Positions 36,588 through 45,900 of a stretch of DNA of 64,000 bases are shown one piece after another (positions within the stretch are counted from its first letter, which is position 1; every line of letters begins with the position of its first letter). The notes beneath the pieces were generated by a model. That model was not told where the DNA came from, did no database searches, and worked only from the letters and a program-made list of their open reading frames with translations. Position numbers and translations under genes: made by a program. This stretch comes from a virus (Duplodnaviria > Caudoviricetes). The stretch covers positions 312 to 64,311 of the IMG/VR virus record IMGVR_UViG_3300006204_000010; one strand, 5' to 3'.

Positions 36588-39245
36588 TCACTTCCTCTCT
36601 TTTATATAGGTAAGAACTTCTTCCAGTTTTTTATTCAATTTATTAATTTCTTTCTGTTGTTCCTCTATCTGTCTGTAAACTTTCTGAATCATATGGGTAT
36701 TAAGCATAATAAATTCTGAGTAACGAATGCCATAAGAGTACTGTTTCTTTCCTTCTTCGTCTAAATCAGAAATTTTAACCGCCTTTCCGGTTTTTTCATC
36801 GGTTATAGTTTTCTTTTTTTCGTCTTGACAAAAAGCGGCAAGATCGGTATTGGTTAAGCCGATTATGTCCATCGACTTTTTCAAATCCTGAGCAATAATT
36901 CCCAGATGGGTTCTATCCCCCGTATTAAACATATAACTGACTGGTTTTAACTGAAAAAATAATTGTTCATAGATCGCTGATATAGATTGAATATCATGTT
37001 TTACATTTCTGTCAGATGTGTTGATTTCAGAAGTGCCGGCAAAAATAGTTTTCCATCTGCGATCGCTTTGACCGCAATTATGATAGTTATCCACAACCGG
37101 ATGAACTCCTTCAGAATATGTTTTGCTATACACTAATAACCCAACGTCACCATTTTCAATATCAATATCGTTTATTGACGAACCATCAATAATATGTTTA
37201 TGCTTAATTTGCAATGGCGATTCTGTTTGTATATAACCATTTTTGGAAACTGAGTGACCAGAATAACTTATAAAATTAAATCCGTTTCCTGATTTACCAA
37301 CAAATGCAGAATTATCGTCTCTATCATTTAGTGTTATATTATTTGTAGATATTCGTCCATTCCAAATCGATGTAGTCGAAGACCCATCAGTCGAATATAT
37401 CGTTCCGCTCATAATGCTTGTGACTCCAACACCATCTAAAGATCCTGATGTAATCTTACTTCCCGTTATTTCAGCGCCATCTATGCTTCCAGCCGATATA
37501 CGGCTTCCCGTTATAGAACCGCCGCTGATTTTTTTGCCCGTTATCTGTTCACCGCTAATATTCTCCGCTATCAGTCCTTTTGTATTAATCTGTTCCGCCG
37601 TTAATTTTCCTGAAATCTTAGCCGCCTTAACAACTAGGTTTTCCGCAGTCACGTTTGTCGTTTTAATTGTATCATTTGTAATCTTTGTTACTGGCGCTGT
37701 CCCTTTTTTTGAAAAATCTATGCCGTTTTTACTCAAAGTGATTAATACATTGTTGGACGAATCTAATACCGCAATACGCCCATCTGTATTATCTACCCCT
37801 CCGATTGTAAGCGTTCCGCCCCTAATAATATTCGCAGTTAAATCCCCTGTTTTCACAAAATCCGCAACAATCTCCCCCTCTTGGGTAATGGCGGTATGAT
37901 ATGGGCCGTGATACCCTTTCGAAGAATATCCAAGCCCGCCCTGATTCCACCGCCATACCTTTGTTGCAGTTGCAATATCAGGCGTATCCATAATCAAAAT
38001 TTCATCTGGATACCCATTTTTACTGCTTTCACTGCTATGCATCACAACATACCCGCCCAGACCTCCGCTAATCAGTTTCGTTGCGTGTTCCACCGCCTCT
38101 TTCATAAAAGAAACCGTTGGGCGGCTGTTGATCTTCTCCTCCACTATTTCATTTCTTGAAACAAGCGACGACGCCAAGTTGGATTTTGAGTCCCCTAATT
38201 CAATCGAACTATACTTCCCCGTTAAAACATTATAAACAGTCTTTATACATTTTGAAGTTGCGCTCACTTTCAGTTTTGGAAACTCCACATTCACTATATC
38301 GCATAAACGCACGTCTTCCAACAAGGCTATCGTTTCATATTCCTTCGACTGCGCTAATTGTTCAAAACTCACCGTCAAAGAAACTTTTGGCGTCCCAAGT
38401 TCATTATCTGAAATATACTTTTGGGCAATTTCCCTCATTTCATCATTTGACGGCCACTTGCGTATAAATTCGGAAGGATTTTTCCATTCACCCGACACAT
38501 CTAACGGATAAATACGCGTAAAATCATATGTTCCGGGCGTCGGGACAATTTTCTTCTCCGCGTCCGGCAATTCTACGAGCCTTTCTTCGTCATTCTCATC
38601 TCCTTCAAACCAAAAATACGGATAAACCGCCGTATAGACATTGCTGCAATTTTCCTCCTGAGACAAATCCGTCATATTCTTCCCATATCGGATCGTAACG
38701 CCGCGGTTTGTCCCCCGGCTGTCATGGAGAATTGTTTTATAGCCATCAAACTCGTATTCCCCTCCAAACACATCCAGTATGGAATCGCCCGAACCGCCCA
38801 GCAAAGCCCGCATGGAAACAGGCTTTTGAATGGCAAGGCTGCCCGATTCGGCCAAATCCGTCGAAAATTCAAATGGACACTCCGTAATGCAATTTTCTTT
38901 TACTTGATTCAAAGCTTCCCTCGCCGTATCCGCTTTTATAGACGATACCGGATAACCCGACATGTCATAACTGATATGCTCCGCCTTTATTGTCACAAGC
39001 CCATTTATCGGCTTTGAAATATCATAAATCCGAAACGGCTGAGAGTCGGCATAAGGATTCGGCTTTGCCACAATAATCCGCCTTAATTCCAAATCCTTAT
39101 AATGTTTCCCTGAAACATGGTATTCCAATTCCAATTCAAAAGACCCATTCCGCTCCTCCACAACCTCACACTTACTTGCCTCCGATAAAGCTCCCAGCCC
39201 ATTCGTTGAAAAAGACCGAGCCGTCGATTCGAATAACCGGATCAT
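36588..39245 (-). CDS. Tail endopeptidase/host-specificity protein with C-terminal intramolecular chaperone (S74-like)
   Basis: VVEERNGSFELELEY..QPFRIY N-terminus; C-terminal GQSDRRW..INTSDRNVKHDI and coiled coil. Confidence 0.8.
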   Translation of the reverse strand: MIRLFESTARSFSTNGLGALSEASKCEVVEERNGSFELELEYHVSGKHYKDLELRRIIVAKPNPYADSQPFRIYDISKPINGLVTIKAEHISYDMSGYPVSSIKADTAREALNQVKENCITECPFEFSTDLAESGSLAIQKPVSMRALLGGSGDSILDVFGGEYEFDGYKTILHDSRGTNRGVTIRYGKNMTDLSQEENCSNVYTAVYPYFWFEGDENDEERLVELPDAEKKIVPTPGTYDFTRIYPLDVSGEWKNPSEFIRKWPSNDEMREIAQKYISDNELGTPKVSLTVSFEQLAQSKEYETIALLEDVRLCDIVNVEFPKLKVSATSKCIKTVYNVLTGKYSSIELGDSKSNLASSLVSRNEIVEEKINSRPTVSFMKEAVEHATKLISGGLGGYVVMHSSESSKNGYPDEILIMDTPDIATATKVWRWNQGGLGYSSKGYHGPYHTAITQEGEIVADFVKTGDLTANIIRGGTLTIGGVDNTDGRIAVLDSSNNVLITLSKNGIDFSKKGTAPVTKITNDTIKTTNVTAENLVVKAAKISGKLTAEQINTKGLIAENISGEQITGKKISGGSITGSRISAGSIDGAEITGSKITSGSLDGVGVTSIMSGTIYSTDGSSTTSIWNGRISTNNITLNDRDDNSAFVGKSGNGFNFISYSGHSVSKNGYIQTESPLQIKHKHIIDGSSINDIDIENGDVGLLVYSKTYSEGVHPVVDNYHNCGQSDRRWKTIFAGTSEINTSDRNVKHDIQSISAIYEQLFFQLKPVSYMFNTGDRTHLGIIAQDLKKSMDIIGLTNTDLAAFCQDEKKKTITDEKTGKAVKISDLDEEGKKQYSYGIRYSEFIMLNTHMIQKVYRQIEEQQKEINKLNKKLEEVLTYIKERK

Positions 39246-39958
39246 ATTGTCCACCATCTTGGAACCACCTCCACATATGTAATGCCATTCCCCCAACTAA
39301 TTGTATTTTCCCCCGGCTTTAATTCCGGAAATCCGCTTGTTGCCGTCACATCTGAGTTTCGGTTTGTTGCGCCTTTATAAGCGTCCTGTATCGCGCTGTC
39401 TAAAACAATGCTGCCACTCACGTTTGCGATTTCAATAACGCAGTCTCCAACCGTAAGGCGGCTTTTTCCAGAACCAAAAACCGTTATCTTCGGCAAAGAA
39501 GAAAATCCCGTCGGATTACGCAAAACCGAGCCGTTTACTGACATCTGGATCGATTCCTCGCCCGATTTCAAAAATCTTTGCGGCTTACAATTAAAACTGA
39601 TTGCCGCCCTGCCTGCGTGTTGTAATATATTTTCAACCGCTGCTTCGTCCTGAAACATTGCCATGCGGTAATATTCCGGTTCATAAGAATCTTCCAGACG
39701 CGCATAGCCTGACGCAGAATGCAGCCATTCCGCAACCGCGTTCGCCATGCCTGTAAAATCCTTATCCAGATTCCCAAATGCAATTTGGTACTGACGGCTC
39801 ACATTCTGGTAAGAACCATTGTCAATCACCAGATCGCCATTTCTGCCGGGAATATGAATCACTTCGTAATCCTTTGCCGGAGTCTGATACTCAGGCGGAT
39901 GCTCCACCTGAATACCATAATCCAAAGAGGGCTTACCGTTAAATATCACTACGCCCAT
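39242..39958 (-). CDS. Distal tail protein
   Basis: Follows the tape measure gene; IPGRNGDL..FNCKPQRF..FPELKPGEN..PRWWTI. Confidence 0.75.
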   Translation of the reverse strand: MGVVIFNGKPSLDYGIQVEHPPEYQTPAKDYEVIHIPGRNGDLVIDNGSYQNVSRQYQIAFGNLDKDFTGMANAVAEWLHSASGYARLEDSYEPEYYRMAMFQDEAAVENILQHAGRAAISFNCKPQRFLKSGEESIQMSVNGSVLRNPTGFSSLPKITVFGSGKSRLTVGDCVIEIANVSGSIVLDSAIQDAYKGATNRNSDVTATSGFPELKPGENTISWGNGITYVEVVPRWWTI

Positions 39959-42900
39959 ACTGCGCTTCTCCTTTCTACTTGTTTTTGAAGGATACAAGAC
40001 ACTTCGTCCGCAATAGCCCTTGGATCATTGCCTGTAATTGTAAACGTATTATGCTGTTCTATCGCAGGCTTATCCAAAAGATTTGATAACGTTTCCTGTA
40101 ACCGGCTAATTGCGCCTGCATTTTTATCCTCCATCGACATGCCGGGCTTTTGTATACCGCCTGCGGCAAACCCTGCTAATTTGGCGGAAGCGGAAACGCC
40201 GCAATCATTCATCAATTCACCAATACTCCCAACCCCATTTTGAATTTCCGTCAAATCCATAACCGGGCGGATTGTAGGTTCCGTATCCATATCCGACTGA
40301 AGCAAATCCGACGCTTCTTTAATCGCTTGCCCCATAATATCAGATGCCGTTTGACAGACATCCTTTTCGCCCGACGCTAACCCTTCGATAAAACCCGCGT
40401 CTGTATAGGCTCCCAATTTTGCAAACATTTTCGAAGGGGATTTAATCCCCAAAGCCTTTTTCGCCGCCCGGTAAGCAGACAACGCCACTTCTTCCGCCGT
40501 TTTCGAAACTCTCGATGAATGATCCGTCAATCCATTCGACATTCCGTCTACAAGATTTTTCGCTAATTTCTTTCCCTTTTTTTTCGAAATTGATTTTTTT
40601 ACAGATTTCAACGTTGCTTTTCCCAAATCAAGGGATTCCTTTTCCGCTGTGGGCTTTTTGACTTTTAAAGTATGCGCCAGTTCGCCTACCATATCAGAAC
40701 CTGCCGTTCTCGAGTTCGATTTCAGCATTACGCCTATTGATTCGCCAATTCTGTTCGTCGCCGTAACTAAAGCTGCGTTTTCCTTACTTCCGGTTTCAGA
40801 CATCTTTGCAAGAGCCGACGTAAATCCCGCCGCGCTCTGGCTTCCCGCATAAGCAAAAGAAGAAATCACCTTATCTGCTACGGTATTCGGAAGTTTTAAA
40901 GAATTTGCATATTCCTGATTAAATTCGGCAACCTGCTGAGGCGTCATTGTTAAAAACGCTTTGACATAATCGTAACTATCCGGGCCCGCTTCCCCTAATT
41001 TATCAAGCAGATCCTGCCCAAATCCCATTTTCGCCATCTGGTTCAAGCCATTTGCAAAATCGTTCGCCGTTTTCATCTGATCTTTAAAACCGTCAAGCAG
41101 ACTCTGCGCCGATAAGTTTTGTGATTCCTTAAATATTGCATTCGCTTTACTTATCTCAGCGCTTGTCATCTTCATAAACTGATCGACATAATCCACTCCG
41201 TCTGTGCCCATATTCTTTAAATAAGCAATCAGACCTTCCGATACACCTTTTCCTGCAAGTTTGTTTATGTTCCCCTTCCACTGCTTTACGCCCGTTACCT
41301 GCGACTGCATATTTTCTAAAATCTTATTCACCGTAAGTTGCGAATGGGACGCCATGTCGTCTTCATCTTGTTTAATGTTGTTTTTTGCATCCTCTATTTG
41401 CGTCTCTAGTTCTTCCAGTTCTCCATAAAGCTCTTTCCATCGAAGCCTTGAATCTGTATCATTCATTTCCGCATACTTCGCTAATTCTTCTTGAAGCCCC
41501 GCGCGTTGTTTTTCCAAATCCGCCAGCGTTTTTTGGTGTTCCGCCAGTCTTTTTTTGTCTTCTTCATATAAAGTCGCGTTCGATTCAAATTTCTTAAACA
41601 AGTCAACCCCTGAATCCAAACTTGCCTTCAAAGGATCTAAAAACGCGGCAACTGAATTAGATAAATCGGAACGAAGATTATTATATACTTCTTTTGTATG
41701 TTTCGCGATCTCCTTCTGATCCGATATAATCTGATCCTTTGCCGATGAAATCGCTTTTTTATTTGCTTCTAACTCCTTTTTTAAAGTCTGTACGCGTTCT
41801 TTTGAATCCTTCTTATTCGACTTTTTCGCTTTTTTCAACTGTTTCTGAAGTTTCGAATTTTCATTTTGAAGTTTCGTTAAGGAATCTGTATGCGCCTTTA
41901 GATTTTTCGTGTCTTCCTTATAATACTCACTCTCCTCATACAGTTTTTTGCCATACGCCGTAATTGCTTTTGACGCAGCTTCCACTGCATTTGCGCTCGC
42001 AACAATGTTTTTCGATCCCGATAAGAATATATTGCAAAACTGCTGAAACGCCCCTTTCCCATAATCAAGGCTTTTTTTCATCTCTTTGACAGCATCCTCA
42101 AACATGCCGCCAAAAGATTCTTTCACTTTTCTTCTAGCATTGCTTACAGCATTCACGCTGTCCTCTGCCAGCGTTTTTAAAGATTTCTTACCGGATTTAA
42201 CCATCTCCCCTTTCGTAAGCCCTTTATCATAGGCCTTCGCAGCTTTTTTTCCGCCTTCCACAAAACTAGAAGCAATCTCGTCGGCGGCTTTATCATTCAA
42301 ACTCAAACGCTGCTTATAGAGCTTGTTCATCTTTTTCAGTTCTTTTCCCGACATCGTGACAAGCGCGTTTACATAATTTGCTCCCGACGGGCCCATATCC
42401 GACAACGCCTTAAGCAGCCCCTGATTCACCCCTCTTGCCGCCAGAAGCTGCATATTTTCCGCCCATTCCGTAATGCCGGTAATCTGGGATTTTAAATTCT
42501 TTATAAGCTGTTTTCCTGCAATATCCGTCTCTGTCTTAAACTCGTCAAACATGCCCGTAGCGTCTTTAATGGAATCCTTTACAGAATTACGGAACGACTT
42601 AAATGCTTCCGCCGCCTGTTCCAACGTAACTTCCACCGCTTCACCGTTTTCATCGACAGTTTCTACATATTCCGCAAATATACTGTCGCTGTCTTTTAGC
42701 GATTCAAGAACAGATTTCGCCGTTTGAACGCCAACTTCTGCAAGCGCTTCCGCTGATTTTGCCGCTTTTTCTTTATTTAGATCAATTCCATTCGAAAATC
42801 CGTCCACCACATAGCCGCCGATTTCAGTAAATACTTTCGATGGGGAATGAATGCCTAACGCTGTCTGCGCCGACGTTAAAGCAGATTCCGCCATAAGCTG

Positions 42901-45900
42901 TATTTGTTTTGACACTTTAGAAGCATTATCGCTTACTCCTTTTACAAACCCATCAACCAGAAAAGAAGCTGCCGAATAGAACGCCGGGCGTTTGTTGCGT
43001 ATAGAAGCCAACGACTGGTTAATTGGAACAGATAACGCTGTTTTTACATCATTTCCACCTTTTTTAACTGCTGAAACAAATTTATTTATAACTGCGCTTC
43101 CTTCCACGCCGAAATTACTGCGTTTCTTTTTAATAACCGACAACGCTTTCTCTAATATAGAAGAAAATATATCTGAAACTGCTGATTGCTTCGTTTTCAT
43201 TCCATCTGAAAAACCTTTTGTTATGCCTGACGACGCCATCTTTGCCAATTTCTTTATCTCCGATGTAATGCCGCTTAATTTTTGCGGATCAATATCCGAT
43301 GTATCTTTATAATATTTTACAAATGACTGACCGAAAGCTGCTAAATCCTTTCCAAATTCAGCAAGATTAAATTTTTCTATGTTTGATGAACTAACCACAA
43401 GTTCTGCGATTGTTTGCGCTGCATTCGTTGACATCACGATTTTTCCAGAATTTACATCTTCAACCGCTTTTGAATACTCCGACATGCCTTCGCCAAACGC
43501 TTTTAGGTTTTCGCTAAAATTCGATAGGCTTTTTTCCCCAGTAAAAAATCCTTTTACACTATCTGTCTCCGGTAACATATCTACAAGTTCTGCGATTGTT
43601 TGCGCCGCATTCGCTGATGCCGTGATTTTTCCAGAGTCTACTTCTTTCACCGCTTTCGAATACTCCGACATGCCCTTGCCAAACGCTTTTAGGTTTTCGC
43701 TGAAATTCGATAGGCTTTTTTCCCCAGTAAAAAATCCTTTTACACTATCTGTCTCTGGCAACATATTAATGAGTTCCGCGATTGACTGCGCCGCATTCGC
43801 TGATGCCGTGATTTTTCCAGAGTCTACTTCTTTCACCGCTTTTGAATACTGCGACATGCCCTCGCCAAACGCTTTTAGGTTCCCACTGAAATTCGATAGG
43901 CTTTGCTCTCCTGTAAAGAACTCACTGATACCCCCTGTCTCCGGTAACATTTTTACAAGTTCCGCGATTGTTTGCGCCGCATTCGCTGATGCCGTGATTT
44001 TTCCAGAGTCTACTTCTTTTACTGCTTTTGAATACTCTGACATACCTTCGCCAAACGCTTTTAAGTTCTCTCCAAAATTTGACAGGCTTTTTTTTCCGGT
44101 AAAAAACTCGCTTATGCCTCCTGTTTTCGGCAGCGAATCCGTCAGTTCACTTAATACCTTCGCCGCATTCGCAGTTGCCGTTACTGCTTCAGGTTTCACA
44201 TCAGCAACCTCATCCGCATACTTTTTAATTTGAGGGGCAAAGGCCACTAACTCCGCCCCGAAATCAGACAAGGTGCAATCCCCAAAAATAACCGCTTTTA
44301 ATCCACCTGTTTCTGGCAATTCGGAAGCCATTTCGCTCATAATCGACGCCGCTGCCGCTGCGCCTTTGACCGCTTTCGGCTTCACATCCTTTACCGTTTC
44401 CGCAAATAAGGCAATCGACGGTCCGAACAACAAAAGCTCAGAGCCAAAATCCGCAAGGCTCTTATCTCCAAATATCTTTTGCAGCAAACCGTCCTGTCCC
44501 GGAAGGTTGTCCGCAACTTCCGCCATAATTTTAGCCGCTGATGCCGCGCCCTTTACCGCTTTCGGCTTCACGTCCTTTACCGTTTCCGCAAACTCTGCAA
44601 TACTTGGCCCAAACGCCACCAATTCTGTTCCAAAATCCGCAAGAGAAGAACCTCCCGTCAGCCACGATGTAATTCCTTGAATGAAATCCGACACAGTAAA
44701 TAACATTATCATTTCAGCTAGGTTTTTAGCCGCTTTCACTGCGCCTTCGTTCACTAACGCCAACCCAGAAAAGAATGGAGTCGCATTTAAAAGAAAATCA
44801 GATAAATTCGTCCCGATTTGTGGCAGGCTGCTTCCTCCCGTTAAAAAACTTGTAATCCCGGCAATGAGATCCGCCGCCCCAAATATCAATAAAATTCCAG
44901 ATAAAAAGCCCGCCTTTGCCAGAGTATCCGCCGTAATCATGCCCATACCCATAAAAAACGGAGCTGCATTCTCCATAAATTGAGATAAATCCGATCCAAT
45001 CTGGGGAAGGGCGGACGACACTCCGCTCATCAATCCACCGACAATGCCGCCAATAAATTTCCCTATTGCAGTCCCAATCTCTTTTAATAAATCTCCCCCT
45101 TCACTAATCAGCCATTCCAAATATGGAATTTGCGCTAATCCTCCCAACGCCGCCAATACTGCCGCTAACTCAGCAATCACAACTCCAAGCCCAAGAACGC
45201 CTTTCATAGCTAAGGGAGTCAGCTTTGCAACCCCTGCCAAAGCATACATAATCGCAGTCAAAAAACCGATGCCTTCAACCATTTCCACCAAAGAAGAAGT
45301 ATCCATGCCCTTTAAAACTTCAATGACACTATGAAAAAATGTACGAATTAAATTTATAGCCGCCTGAACCAGTTCTGGAAGCCTTTCCGCCAAAGCGTTC
45401 ATAACTCCAATTAAGAAATCCATCAAATAATTTACTATCGCCGGAGCATGTACGGATAATGCTTTGAAAACTTCTTCTACAAGCGCTAACACACCTTCCA
45501 CAATCGCAGGCGCGCATTCCACAACAACGCTGACAATCGCAAGAACAACTGCTTTCACCGCATTCGCAATAGACTCCACGCTCTTAGCGATAATTTCCAA
45601 TATGCCGACAAACAGAATCTCTAACCCAGTCACAAAAGCCATCATTCCGGCAACTCCAGAAGCAGCTAGGGAAGCCAGCCCAATCGATAGGGCCAAAACA
45701 CCTGCCCCACATGCCGCAACCCCTATTCCAAATAAAGCCAAAGCGCCGGATAATCCCAATATTGCCGGAATCAGAGGTCCAAGAACAGCCCCCGCAATGC
45801 CCAACACCGTAAAAGCGGCAGCAAGCGCAAGTATTGCTGTTCCAATTTCAACGAGGCTCATAGAGCCAAGCGCCTTTAAACAAGGCAAAAACACATTCAA

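Noticed and set aside
34478-39245. Diversity-generating retroelement acting on tail fibres
   Set aside because: No reverse transcriptase in the window and no template/variable repeat pair differing at adenines was seen.
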